Positions 1 through 11,724 of a DNA stretch of 64,000 nucleotides are shown here, one piece after another. The stretch lies in contig NC_057719.1 of assembly GCF_004010195.1 (NCBI RefSeq), positions 8,054,190 to 8,118,189 on the forward strand. Reading direction: 5' to 3'. The notes below the pieces were generated by a model. That model worked only from the letters and a program-made list of their open reading frames with translations. It searched no databases and was not told where the DNA came from. This stretch comes from Chiloscyllium plagiosum (lineage: Eukaryota). Every line of letters starts with the position of its first letter. Position 1 is the first letter of the stretch. The translations under genes and the position numbers were made by a program.

Positions 1-1213
1 CTGACATTTTATACAAACCCACCGACTCCCACAGCTACCTGGATTACACCTCTTCCCACCCCACCTCCTGCAAAAATGCCATCCCGTATTCCCAATTCCT
101 CCGCCTCTGCCGTATCTGCTCCCAGGAGGACCAATTCCACCAGAGAACACACCAGATGGCCTCCTTCTTGAGAGATTGTAATTTCTCTTCTCACGTTGTT
201 GAAGATGCCCTCCAATGCATCTCATCCACATTCCGCACCTCTGCCCTCAAACCCCATCCCTCCAACCGTAACAAGGACAGAACGCCCCTGGTGCTCACCT
301 TCCACCCTAACAACCTTCGCAAAACCAAATCATCCACCGACATTTCTGCCACCTCCAAAAAGACCCCACCACCAGGGATATATTTCCCTCCCTGCCTTCC
401 GCAAAGACCGTTCCCTCTGTGACTACCTGGTCAGGCCCACGTCCCCCAACAACCCACTCTCCCATCCTGGCACCTTCTCCTGCCAACGCAGGAATTGCAA
501 AACCTGAGCCTACACCTTCTCCTTCACCTCCATCCTAGGCCCCAAAGGAGCCTTCCACATCCATCAAAGTTTCACCTGCACATCCATCAATGTCATTTAT
601 TGTATCCCGATGCGGTCTCCTGTACATTGGGGAGCCTGGACGCCTCCTAGCAGAGCGCTTTAGGGAACATCTCTGGGACAACCACACTGCCCTGTGGCCC
701 AACATTTCAACCCCCCCTCCCACTCTGCCGAGGACATGCAGGTCCTGAGCCTCCTCCACTGCCGCTCCCTCACCACCTGACGCCTGGAGGATGAACGCCT
801 CATCTTCCGCCTCAGAACACTTCAACCCCAGGGCATCAATGTGGACTTCATCAGTTTCCTCATTTCCCCTTCCCCACCTTACCTCAGTTCCAATCTTCCA
901 AATCAGCACTGTCCTCATGACCTGTCCTACCTGCCTATCTTCCTTTCCACCTATCCGCTCCACCCTCCTCTCTGACCTATCACCTCCATCCCTACCCCCA
1001 TTCACCTATTGTACTCTTTGCTACCTTCTCCCCAGCAGCGCCCCCACCTCCCACCATTTATCTCTCCACCCTGGAGGCTACCTGACTCTATTCCTGATCC
1101 TGAAATGTCGATTTTCCTGCTCCTCGGATGCTGCTAGACCTGCTGTGCTTTTCCAGCACCATTCTGATCTAAACTCTGGTTTCCAGCATCTGCAATCCTC
1201 ACTTTTGCCTACT
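1..1213 (+). mobile_element. Penelope-like element (GIY-YIG PLE), 3' part: RT C-terminus, endonuclease, 3' UTR/pLTR; frameshifted
   Basis: Frame from nt 3 reads DILYKPTDSHSYLDYTSSHPTSCKNAIPYSQFLRLCRICS (PLE RT thumb). ~570-670 reads FTCTSINVIYCI/RCGLLYIGE..LAERFREH (GIY-YIG). Terminal repeat at ~1090-1210 has its hammerhead stem II deleted. Confidence 0.9.
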
Positions 1214-1270
1214 TACAGCTAGATTGTTGTTAAGTCTTTTATTTTTTAGAGTGGGTTGCAGTTATCGATT

Positions 1271-1352
1271 CACACATGCACACACACACACGCATGCACA
1301 CACACACATGCCCACGCACACGCACACACATGCACACACACATGCCCACACA
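1271..1352 (+). repeat. Imperfect (CA)n/(CACG) microsatellite
   Basis: cacacatgcacacacacacacgcatgcaca... read directly. Confidence 0.9.
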
Positions 1353-1870
1353 TTTAAGTCTATAGGGTGAATTTGCATTTGCAGAATTGTATTTTCAGGT
1401 ACATTCTATTTTGCTCAAAAAGCACACAATCTACAGGCAGTTAATGCAGGCAGTCAATCCACGTGACATTTTATAAATTCCTATTTTGATAAATAGAACT
1501 AGTCTGACTCAAGATTGGAATATGGACAGACTCTAACCTCACAACTTTAACCCATTGTCTGAGCTGAGATGTCACCTTTTTTTGATAAAACCTTAAGTTA
1601 TCTCGGGAATGTGACTTGAAAGAAGTTCTGGGATTTACACATAATGAATCGATACCTGCAGCCCATTCTAAAAGATGAAAGACTTAACAGCAATCTAGGT
1701 GTGTTCAATAGATCATATCAGATACATGACACTATGATGTTTTGCTATAAATTCTGCGCCTTATGATCCTGCCCCACCAGTTACCCGATGAAGGAGCAGC
1801 GCTCCGAAAGCTAATGCTTCCATATAAACCTGTTGGACCACAACCTGGCGTTGTGTGATTTTTAACTTTC
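1353..1870 (+). mobile_element. 3' UTR and terminus of a second PLE family
   Basis: Ends in ccgatgaaggagcagcgctccgaaagctaatgcttcc...aacctggcgttgtgtgatttttaact, the same terminus as the fold-back units at 30689, 34667 and 43524. Confidence 0.7.
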
Positions 1871-3125
1871 TGATATCATATTATGCTTTATTGATTGCAT
1901 TAACTCTTTGATGCTGAACCATCTTTCAATCAGGACCTAACTTAACTAACCTTAACTTCTAACTTCCTGGATTCCACATTCTTCTAACTAGTAAGACACA
2001 CAGGCATTCACAGCTGTGGGACTGGCACATCCATTTATCATTAATGCATGCTACTCCTGTGCAGGCAGCCTGCCTGGGCCAGCAGAGTTCACCTGCCAAA
2101 ACTGTCTGAGCTGCCAATATGGCAAAACGATGGAGAAGTAGGAAAATAACTATCAAAGAATATTCAAGTCACTTTGGGTACGGGTGCCAACCTTCTGTTT
2201 AACATTACACTTAACTAAAGTACATCATCTTTCACTGTGGCCCTGTGATCTCTTTGATCTTGTGAATCTTCTGATGATTTGTTTTCCTTGTAGACTATTT
2301 GAAGGAAAATGTTCATGTTTATCATGTACAGCAGTGCAGAGTGCTGAGGCTCTTATTTATTGCTGTCCTCTGCACCTATGGAAAGTGGAAATTTAAGTGA
2401 GATGATTGGATTTTGGGATTCATTGGTATATTTAGCTCCTCTGTAACGTAATGGTAAATGAATGTCTTCTGTAAGTGTGTGTTTGAGCCAGAAATGCAAA
2501 ACTAGCATTTAATCCTGCACGATCTCCTATTGGCCAGAAAACTGAATACTTGCTGGTACAAAGGGAAGATACAAAGTGACTTTAAAATATTAAGTTGTAA
2601 ACCAACTGTTAAGGGCAGGAATACCTCTTGCCATAGTTCTGAATGTCCACATGTGTTGATGCTAGCTGGTGTCAAGTTCTCTTGTGCCTGTCTGCCTCTT
2701 CTCAATTCTGTCTTATCTGCTGAACGTCAGTGTTGGTTCCCTCAACATTCCTGTTACACTCCCTTTCTTCTTCAGGTGAGGAGACTGTCCAATTACTCCT
2801 TTTCTAAGTTCTCAACCTGTTATGGAGCTAGGTTAGGCAAGGTGTAGGATACAATCGCTCTTCTGGAGACCCTGACTGGTGAATAGAGAAGTGCATCTCA
2901 TTGTGGCTAGGCAACAGATGTGTTTCTTGAGAAAATCAACTGTCTGTTCAACGATAGTCCTTGTGGAAATGTAAGCAGCACTGAAGTGATGTTTGGCATC
3001 AGACTGTGGGTTGTGCACTGGGATACCCAGTGCTGCCTTAGTGTACCCATTAGCACACGCCATCTAGTCCTGGAGGTAATGTGATGGGAGGCTGAGGGGA
3101 AGACATTTGCAGAACCTGGGAGTTG

Positions 3126-3283
3126 AGGGGTAACAGTGGCGTAGTGATAATATCATTGGCCTACATTTGACTGTAGACCTTACTGCAATGTGGAAATTCT
3201 TAACTGCCCTCTGAGAAATGAGGGAGGGGCAATAAATGCAGGAATAGCCAGTGTTACCCACATCCTCTGAATAAATTGAAAAA
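3126..3283 (+). mobile_element. tRNA-derived SINE, internally deleted (same family as 12196 and 34370)
   Basis: gtggcgtagtgataatatcattgg head; gcaatgtgg..cttaactgccctctg..gggcaataaatgc..cccacatcc tail. Confidence 0.65.
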
Positions 3284-3483
3284 AATGAATGTGTGACAGA
3301 TGTGTATAAAGTGGGGGCATGCCTGCATGAATTGTTGCACTTGATCGCAAATGAGCTGGACACTGAGGGTGTGAAATCCCTTCCTGTTCAGGAATCTGGC
3401 TGGATGATGCCATGAACCTCTGAGCGCCATGTGTGCCCTTTGGACCTGAGGGAACCCATCAATGACTAAAAATCAAACAGTGT

Positions 3484-3808
3484 TTAGACTAGATTAGATT
3501 AGATTCCCTATAGTGTGGAAACAGGCCCTTTGGGCCAACAAGTCCATTCCGACCCTCCGAAGAGTAACCCACCCAGACCCATTTCCCTCTGACTAATGCA
3601 CCTAACACTATTGGCAATTTAGTGTGGCCAATTCACCTGACCTGCACATCTTTGGACTTTGGGAGGAAACCGGAGCACCCGGAGGAAATCCACACAGATA
3701 CGGGGAGGATGTGCAAACTCCACACACACAGTTGCCCGAGGCTGGAATCGAACCTGGGTCTCTGGTGCTGTGATGCAGCAGTGCTAACCACTGCGTCACC
3801 GTGCCACG
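3484..3808 (-). mobile_element. HE1-type V-SINE, full length
   Basis: tRNA-like head (ggcacggtg..cagtggttagcactgctgc..ggttcgattcc), V-domain core (gtggagtttgcacatcctccccg..ggtttcctcc), (tctaa)n tail. Confidence 0.9.
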
Positions 3809-3825
3809 CACATATTGTTAAAAAA

Positions 3826-3988
3826 AAGCAAAATACTGCAGAAATATGAAGCAAATATAAATGATGCTGGAGAAGCTCAGCAAGTCTGGCAGCATCTGTG
3901 GAGAGAGAAACAGACTTAAAGTTTCAAGTACAGTATGAGAGTGGCTGCTAGTCCTGTTGAGTTTTTCCAGCAATCTCTGTTTGATTCA
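3826..3988. mobile_element. Degenerate PLE-terminus fold-back unit
   Basis: gctggagaagctcagcaagtctggcagcatctgtgg...ctgttgagtttttccagc inverted arms. Confidence 0.6.
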
Positions 3989-4602
3989 GGCACCTTGGCT
4001 GTCTAAATCCATAGTAAACTGGACAAACCGTGTTCTTTTCTGTGAATGGTATCAGTGAATCCATGATTGCAATTGTGGGCTGCCAGTTGGGAATTGACTC
4101 ACATGACCCACTGGTTTTGGTTTGAAAACTTCTAGGAAGTTCAATGCTGTTGTTATCTTTAGAACCACGGGCATAGGGCTCCCTTCAAAGCCACACGGCC
4201 GCAAATCTGTACAAGGTGACCAATTAGGTGACAGTGTCACTAGTCATGTGAAGATGTCTTTGGCACTGTCTTCCATTCATCTGTGGGTAGCTGCAATGTC
4301 TTTAGTACTCTCTGTCTTGATAGACAGCTCTGAGGACCCTGGTCCCCTCTTGATGCGCTACTTGCTCATCCTCAACTGCAACTCTGTGAACTTCCTGTCT
4401 CTGGTTCTATTGACATTATTCATTCCTTCTCTTGACATTTTCTAATCAATCCAGTCAACCATTATTACGCACCTCTGGAGCAGGTGGGATTTGAACCTAG
4501 AAATTTTGGCTCAAAGGTGGGGACACTACCACTTTGCCACAAAGGTCTCCTTCATTTTGTCTTTTTCCTCCTTTTCTTGACCTAACACAGAACTGTGTTT
4601 AT

Positions 4603-5005
4603 CTATTCACTCATGGGATGTGGGCGTCACTGGCTAGCCAGCGCTTATTGCCTGTCTGGAGCTGCCCTTGAAAATGTTGTGGGGAGCTGCCTTCTTGAAC
4701 CGTTGCGGTCCCTGTAGGTAGACCCACAGTGCCCTTGGAGGGAGTTCCAGGATTTTGAACCAGCAACACTGAAGCGACAGCGATGTATTTCCAAGTGTGG
4801 CTTGAAAACTTCTGGTGGTGGTGGTGATGATACTCCCATGTATCTGCTGTTCTTGTCCTTCCAGATGAAAGCAATCCTTACTGTCTAATGATCTTTGGTG
4901 AATTTCTGCTGCTACTGAGTCACAGACATGGAGGTGAGGATGCTTGTTGATGTGGTGCCAATCCAGCGGGCTGCTTTGTCCTGGATGGTGTCAAGTTTCA
5001 CAACA
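4603..5005 (-). mobile_element. L2/CR1-group LINE 3' end
   Basis: Minus strand encodes KLDTIQDKAARWIG (RT C-terminal motif), followed by the ttcaagaaggcagctc..caataa..cccacatcccatgagtgaata tail shared with the SINE family. Confidence 0.65.
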
Positions 5006-5875
5006 TTGGCATCCAGCATGTGCCAACCTCTAAGAGCTGTCATGGCACATTTCCAATCCACTTCCAGGACACTTCCGCACTTCAGTGTTGCCCATCGGGC
5101 TGGACCAGGCTGCATCTTCAGGCTTTTTGCTCACTCTCATAGTACAACTCACTCTGAGTCTATCTGAATGCTCACAGCTTCCCTGCCTTGTCTTGTCTTT
5201 TTACACTTTCCCCCATCAGCCAGAGATGCCAGGCTCATTTCACTACTGTCTCTCTATGCCATTTAGTACAAAGCCTGAAAGGTTGTCATGGTGGACGGGA
5301 GGCATCAGGCACGTCAAGAGGGACAGCCTTCTCTCAGAGGATCCTGGCACAGTAAGTCAAGGACAGCGTCCAGGGCCTGTTTGGGGCAGTCACGGTCAGG
5401 ATCATAAAGGTCAAGGAGCCAAATGTCACACAGACTTTTTCTGCCCTATTGTGGGCTGTTTCCTCCTGGAATGGGAGAGAAGCAGGTATTATTGAAGATG
5501 AAAGTGGGCATTTTACTTTTGATGTAGGTTGAGAGGTGTCCGGAGTAAGTAAGTCAGCAGAACAGAGGGCTTGTGGTGGTGTCATGGTTTGGAGTGGGTG
5601 AAGGCGAATGGGGAAAATGTTGCAGGTAATTGTTCATACATTCTAGATTCCCTGTCTGAAACTGTGCAGGACAGCTCCAGAGCGATAGTGCTTTTCTGGG
5701 TGCATAATGCTCTTTCAAAGATGTCAGCTGCACTGGAGATCCTGGCCAAGTCCTGGATATCTGGTGAGAGATCAGTCATTCTGGAACTGGCATGTGGTAA
5801 GATTGGACGAAAGTCAGGTGTGATACTTTACATGAGGGCTCAAACAGGATTAATCTGGTGAGATTGTTAAAGTCC

Positions 5876-6720
5876 AGGTTAGGAGAGTGGGCAAAGAAGT
5901 GGCAGATGGAGTACAACGTGGGAAATGTGAGGTCATGCACTTTGGTAGGAAGAATAGAGGCATGGACTATTTTCTAAATGGGGAGAAAATTCAGAAGTCT
6001 GAAGTGCAAAGCAACATGTGAGTTCTAATCCAGGATTCTGTCAAGCTAAACTTGCAAGTTGAGCCAGTAGTTAGGAAGGCAAATGCAATGATAGCATTTA
6101 TTTTGAGAGGACTTGAATATAAAAGCAGAGGATGTATGGCTGAGGCTCTATAAGGTTCTGGTCAGACCTCATTTGGAATATTGTGCGCAATCTTGGGCCC
6201 CATATCTCAGGAAGTATGTACTGGCCCTGGAGGGGGTTCAGAGTAGGTTCACGAGAATGATTCCAGGAATGAAAAGCTTAACATATGAGGAGCGTTTGAG
6301 GACTCTGGGTTTATACTCGATGGGAGTTTAGAAGGATGAGGGGGAATCTAATGGCAACATACAGAATACTGAATGGCCTGGACAGAGTGGATGTTAGGAA
6401 GCTGTTTCCATTTGTAGGAGAGACTAGGACCCGAGACACAGCCTTTGAGTAAAGGGGAGACTTTTTAGAATGGAAATAAGGAGAAACTTCTTCAGCCACA
6501 GAGTGGTGAATCTATGGAATTCATTTCCACAGAAGGCTGTGGAGGCCAAGTCATTGCGTATATTTAAGACTGAGATAGATAGGTACTTGAGTATCACAGG
6601 GATCAAGGGTTACTGGGAGAAAACAGGAGAATGGGGTTGATAAACTTATCAGCCATGAATGAATGGCAGAGCAGATTCGATGGGTTGAATGGCCTAATTT
6701 CTGCTCCTATGTATTTTGGT
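5876..6720 (+). mobile_element. CR1 LINE, 3' fragment
   Basis: WAKKWQMEYNVGKC; LYKVLVRPHLEYCAQSWAPYLRK..LEGVQSRFTRMIPGM; CR1 3' UTR (gaatggcagagcagattcgatgggttgaatggcc). Confidence 0.9.
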
Positions 6721-7604
6721 GTAATCGTCTTATCCAGCAAGATAACTCGCTCATCCTTGTTGCAATAATTACTTCTCTGAACCTGATGTGACTTACATTT
6801 CGCAAGAAAAAGGAAGATTCATCCGATTATATTCTTCCAACTTCACCATCTTACTTATCTCTATTCTCCTTGCCCCATTGCAGGCAGCTTTACTTTTAGC
6901 CTTCTAGGCCTACACTCTAAATTCCCTATTTAAACTTCTCCATGTTTTCTCCTTTATGACTGTTTAAATCTACTTTTTTGACTGGACAGGGATCTATGTC
7001 ATCCGTTACTTCAGGGATCATGTTAACCAGGCCCATGCACCTCTGTCTCTTATCAAGTTAGAAGGCAGTGTCCTGCAGAATTCCTAGTTGCTAGCAGCAA
7101 GATTTAAATTAATCTCATTATTGAGTTGGTTGATACCCACCTTATTTTACTGGTGTCTCAGGGGTTAAATGAAGGACACACTTGTCTCCTGCACCATGGA
7201 AGGCCACCCAGCAAAACCAGTTGTGACCTTCACTGTCTGGCACTGTATGCCAGATGGAACAATCACATTTCAGGCAAGGAATGAAGGCTGAAATCCCCCT
7301 TTGACTGCCCATCTCAACAATCTGATTCCCACAACCACTTGCATTAAACCTGTGACTTGGGATCCCTTTATAACCCTGATCTTCAGGTGAGTGCTTTGCT
7401 GACACCAGCAATTACTCCCATTGGCTGCCGGCAGCAGTGATGAGTTAATTGGTCAGTAGCTTTTGTTCTCAGTGAAGGGTCAACAACAGCCAGTTAATTG
7501 CTTGAATGGCACTGGATTCCACTCGGCCTACCCTACTGTTCACCAACCACTGTAGGAGACCCACGTCAACTTGATAAAATCCCAGTCTCTTTCTTTAGTT
7601 TTGT

Positions 7605-8402
7605 TAGGTTAGGTTAGATTTTATTGTCATGTGTACTCAATACAGGAATACAGAAGTACTGTGAAAAGTGTACAAAGGTGCTCTTCTCTGGTGCTATCTT
7701 AGTATAAAAAAAGACAGGATTAAAGACAGAAGCAGAAAGAAAAGAAATAGCCAGAAGAAAAGGAAATGTCCAGAACACTCACCCACCTCCGCTGTGAGTC
7801 CTCACTGTCAGTAAATCAAAGTCCATCACTCAGTCTGCTAACACTCAGGTGCTATGAGACTTCGCTTGCTGCCACAGCCTGAATGCCAGAGTCACTGCCT
7901 CCGCCTTCAGGCACACAGGCCCAGCCTGTCCTTGAGCTGTTTTGCCAATCTTTGGTGCCATTTTGCCTCTACTGCCATGAGTTCACATTGGGCTCAAACC
8001 TGACACAGCGTCCACCACGTCAAAGCAGCTGGTGTCACATTTTGGCTGATATTGCTGCTGTTGCCTCCAGGGACTGTCATTTCAGCAAAGGAACCCGCTT
8101 CTACTGACAGCCTGGGAGACGGTCAGCTCCTACTGCTGCCGACACTCCGGGAAGGATACCGATGCTGCCACTGCCAATGCTTCAGGAAGGGGACTGATGC
8201 TGCCACTGCCAATGCTTCGGGAAGGGGACTGATGCTGCCACTGCCAATGCTTCGGGAAGGGGACTGATGCTCCTGTAAAAGGAAAGCAAGTAAAGAAGAG
8301 CAAAAGTTGAAAAAAGAGAGAGAGAAGAAAGAAAAGCAAACGGAATGGATGAGCACTGGGCTAAGGACCCGGGCCCAAACACTGCTACACTGCTGCCATC
8401 TT
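7605..8402 (-). mobile_element. Non-autonomous LINE-derived element with a Rex1-like tail and an internal 35-bp minisatellite
   Basis: Minus strand starts aagatggcagcagtg at 8402 and ends ttttcacagt..cacatgacaataaaatctaacctaacctaa, resembling the tail at 60640-60720. Confidence 0.4.
8161..8271 (+). repeat. 35-bp minisatellite, 3 copies plus a partial (degenerate copy at 8126-8160)
   Basis: gatgctgccactgccaatgcttc(a/g)ggaaggggact at 8161, 8196 and 8231, with no spacers. Confidence 0.95.
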
Positions 8403-9024
8403 ATATATGACGAATGTCCTGTGAATCACCTTGAGATGTTCAACTGTAAATGTAGAGAGATACAGAGATATAAATTGGTGGGGGATTTGAATGATGATCA
8501 GTTGTTCTTCACTTATGCAAGATAAACTCCCCAATGTTGAAGAGAAAAATCACAACCAGATCACCCCTGTCATCTGCATCCTCTTCATACTTGCCAATAT
8601 GTTCTTTTTCGTTACTACTTGTCATTGTTTGCACCATTTACAGTCATTCTATCCCGTTACCCAGGAAAAGAGAGAGTTTTCTCTGGTGCCCACTTTACGC
8701 CATCTGCGTGCCAAGTCCAAGAATTTAAGTTTACGCAATAGTTTCAGATTCTATGTGAAGCCTTGGTTTGAACATGCACAATTTCTGTGACTGTTTTCAT
8801 CAAAAGATGAAAGCCGTGAAAGTGATTTAAGGGAAACGAAATGGGGATTGCTCAAACTTATGGATCACTGAACTGTGAAAAGACACAAACAATTTGTTCT
8901 CATTTGAGGGAAGGATTTCTGGTGTAATAATCAATCTCCTTTTGCAGTTGTGGTGGGAATTGATGTGTTGGATGTGAAAAAGTACTTTCGTAGAACAAAA
9001 GTAAACAACAAAGATGTGATTAAA

Positions 9025-9910
9025 AGTAAAGAAGCAGCAAGCTGAAAGATTATCACTGAGTTGTGACTTCATCTATGGCCTTCAATTTAAAAAAATACTT
9101 TTGCACAGTAATTAGCACAAATTACTATGATGGAGTTATGCAATGGACTGATTTGGTATGATGTAGAGGCATTTGCTTCTAGCAACCAACTACAAATAGA
9201 GTGTTGTACAGATAAAATTGCAGTCTTACCTTGATAACTTTGGCAGTCTTTCCTTATTCGTATAGCTTCCTGAAAGTCAGATGTGACCATGTATGAGTCT
9301 GTTCACAGTGAATGGTGGCCATGTTTTTTCATTTATTATTATATTTGTTGTTATTGGTACTCTGACTTTGACTTTCCATTTTGCCAAAAAGCTATCCATC
9401 TTTTGCAGTGGTGAGGTATAGATCCGCCTCTGTTGGCCTCAATACTTTCAAGTCCTTGGATCAGTGAATGCAGCACAGAAAACTGGGGAACTGTTCAATG
9501 AGTCTAGATTAGAGTGGTACTGGAAAAGCTCAGCAGGTCAGGCCAGTCCTCAGAATTCGATGCAGGGGTCCCTTCGGTTTCCCAAATCCTTCTGTTCTTT
9601 CACTTCTTGCAAGAGGCACAGAGCGATTGGTTCACAAATGATAACGTCTCTGACATATTGGTTAAAAACACCAGCTGACAGGAGCTAGTGAACGAAAATG
9701 AAATAGCTTTCTTTGGGCTTTAGGTACTTCACTGGAGAGAAAGGGAGAGTCACACCATCTGCCTTTTTCAGCAGTCCAAAGTCTTTGGCCTGTATTGTTC
9801 GCACCCATAAATTATTCAGCTACCCAGGAAAAACATCAGAGTTGTCATCAGGCTGATGTCCTTTGGCATCCAATGACTAGTCAAAATTCCTAAACCAATC
9901 AGCAACCTGT
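9025..9910 (-). mobile_element. Probable fossil hAT transposase, C-terminal half
   Basis: Minus strand: PVFCAAFTDPR (~9451-9490, hAT A..LDPR motif), then WLLEANASTSY..PL..IIVI..CAKVFFKLK/KSQLSDNLSACCFF, resembling the hAT dimerisation domain; many stops and frameshifts. Confidence 0.5.
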
Positions 9911-9985
9911 TATTGATTTAATCTCAGTTTATGTGCACATCCTGGCTCATCTACAAACAGTTTCCCGCCCCTGCAACAGTATAAA

Positions 9986-10083
9986 CAGGATTCCTGATGA
10001 AGGGCTTTTGCCCGAAACGTCGATTTCGCTGCTCGTTGGATGCTGCCTGAAATGCTGTGCTCTTCCAGCACCATTGATCCAGA
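9986..10083 (+). mobile_element. 98-bp PLE-terminus insertion with an 11-bp TSD
   Basis: TSD aacagtataaa at 9975-9985 and 10084-10094; body matches the PLE terminus at 1090-1170. Confidence 0.85.
9991..10024 (+). ncRNA. Minimal type I hammerhead ribozyme motif (PLE variant), core intact
   Basis: ttc-CTGATGA-A-GGGC-tttt-GCCC-GAAA-C-GTC-gat; palindromic ACGT stem III; predicted cut after GTC (10021); stem I only ~2 bp. Confidence 0.7.
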
Positions 10084-10499
10084 AACAGTATAAATATCAC
10101 ACAAATGAGGTTCAGTAATTTGTTTTGACAAGTGCAGCAATTCCTTCCACAGTCCTTGGTTTTAACTTTTCTAATTTTCTATTTCTGTCTGTAAACAAAA
10201 ATAAAGTCAAATAAAATGTTATGCTCTTTAAAGCTTTCTAACTTGTGCATTAATGATGTTGCACTGGGGTTTAGTTACATGGTAACAAGTTATACAATAA
10301 TATGAAAGAAAAAAAGACTTGCATTTACATTGCACCTTTCATGACCTCATTGTCCCAATGCTGTTGTGTAATCTTGCTCTGTGCAAATTGGTTGCTACAT
10401 TAACTATCTTAGGAACAGTGGTTTCACTTGAAATGCACTTCATTTGCTGTAAATTGCTTTGGGACATTTTAGTAATATTTACTATACCCTCCTCAGATC

Positions 10500-11345
10500 C
10501 TGGAACAAAGATTTGAATATCATTTAAATGAAGAAAGACTGCAGAAAGCTGCAGTACAGTTGGATTTGAGGGTTTTGAGGAAGAGTCACTCAACCCGAAA
10601 CGTTAGCTCTGATTTCTCTTCACCAATGTGCCAGACCTGCTGAACGTTTTGTGCAATTTCTGTCTTTGTTTCTGATTTACACCATCTGCATTTCTTTCGG
10701 TTTTTATTTTGGATTTGAGAGTCCTTATGCATCAATCACACAAAGCAAGCATACAAATTCAGTGGATAATTGGAAAGATAAATTGAATGTTGGCCTTTAT
10801 TTCAAAAGGGATGAAGTATGAAACGGTGTTCGTCAGAACACACCTGAAATATTGATGATGATTTTAGTCTTCTTATCTAAGGAAAGATATGCTGACGTTG
10901 GAGGCAGTCCAGAGAAAGTTCACTAGATATCAGGTTCATAGGGATTTTCTTACAAGGAGTAGTAGGTTGAGGCTCTAATCATTGGAGTTTAGAAGAATGA
11001 GAGATGATCTTATTGAAATATAGGAGATTCTTAGGTGACTTGACCTGGTAGATGCAGAAAGATTGTTTTCCTGTATGGGATATATAAGGACCGGAGAGCA
11101 TGATTTCAGAGTAAGGGGTTGCACATTTAATAAAGTTTTGGGGAATTTCTTCTCTGAGGGTAGTGAACTCGTGGAATTCTTTGCCACTTAGGCAGTAGAG
11201 TTTGAGTCTTGATGTTTTTTGTAGGCTGAAACAGATTTCGCATCAGTATGTGAATCAAGGATTATGGGGATAAGGCAGGAACATGGAATTAATGATTATC
11301 AAATCAGCCATGATCATGATGACAGCACTCCTTTTGCTCCTATTT
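10500..11345 (+). mobile_element. Old CR1 3' fragment, interrupted by a PLE-terminus unit (10571-10708)
   Basis: Degenerate VRTHLKY...LEAVQRKFTR and CR1 3' UTR; the insert is flanked by TSD ttggatttgag (10560-10570 and 10709-10719). Confidence 0.75.
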
Positions 11346-11349
11346 CCAT

Positions 11350-11715
11350 TTGCATTTATATAGCACTTTTCATGACCACTAGACATCCTAAAGTGCTTTT
11401 GAAGTGAAGTCACTAATACAATGTAGGAATGAGTCAGCTAATTTTCCCATAGCTAAGTTCAGCAAATAACAATATGAGAATAAATTTGAAGGATAAATAT
11501 TGTCCAGGACACCAAGACTAACTCCAGTACTCTTCATCAAATTGGTGTTTGGAACCTTGTACAGTAATTGAATAGCCGATGGGATCTTACTTTAAGATCT
11601 CATCAAAAAACAAGCACTGCTCAGTGCTGTCCTGGTGTGTCAGTCTTGATATTTTGCTCAAGTATCTGGATCTGGACTGGAACCTGCTGACTTGGAGACA
11701 AGATTGCAACCCACT
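11350..11715 (-). mobile_element. Deu-domain SINE (SacSINE1/AmnSINE1-like), degenerate
   Basis: tgcatttatatagcacttttcatgacc tail; ggataaatattgtccaggacacc..tcttc core; cagtgctg..gtcag..cccactgag head. Confidence 0.6.
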
Positions 11716-11724
11716 GAGACATGT

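Larger units (their letters stand above)
2833..4330 (-). mobile_element. Fossil PIF/Harbinger DDE transposase, interrupted by SINEs and a PLE fold-back
   Basis: Minus-strand pieces in the expected order: DLRPCGFEGSPMPVVLKITTALNFL (~4130-4215), THMALR...FLNRKGFHTLSVQLICD (~3343-3440), HNPQSDAKHHFSAAYISTRTIVEQTVDFLKKHICCL (~2905-3020). These match HARBI1-type motifs NRKGFHS.NVQ..CD and TR..IE..FG.LK.RF.CL. Confidence 0.8.

Noticed and set aside
535..1222. ORFs of 143-156 aa as host genes (also 46379-46976 and 47976-48281)
   Set aside because: Alternative-frame or antisense readings of PLE sequence.
2294..2396. Plus-strand exon candidate after ttttccttgtag
   Set aside because: Two frames are open, no recognisable peptide, and the donor is ambiguous.
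8126..8271. 35-bp repeats as a CRISPR array
   Set aside because: Units are head-to-tail with no spacers, and the context is vertebrate; this is a minisatellite.
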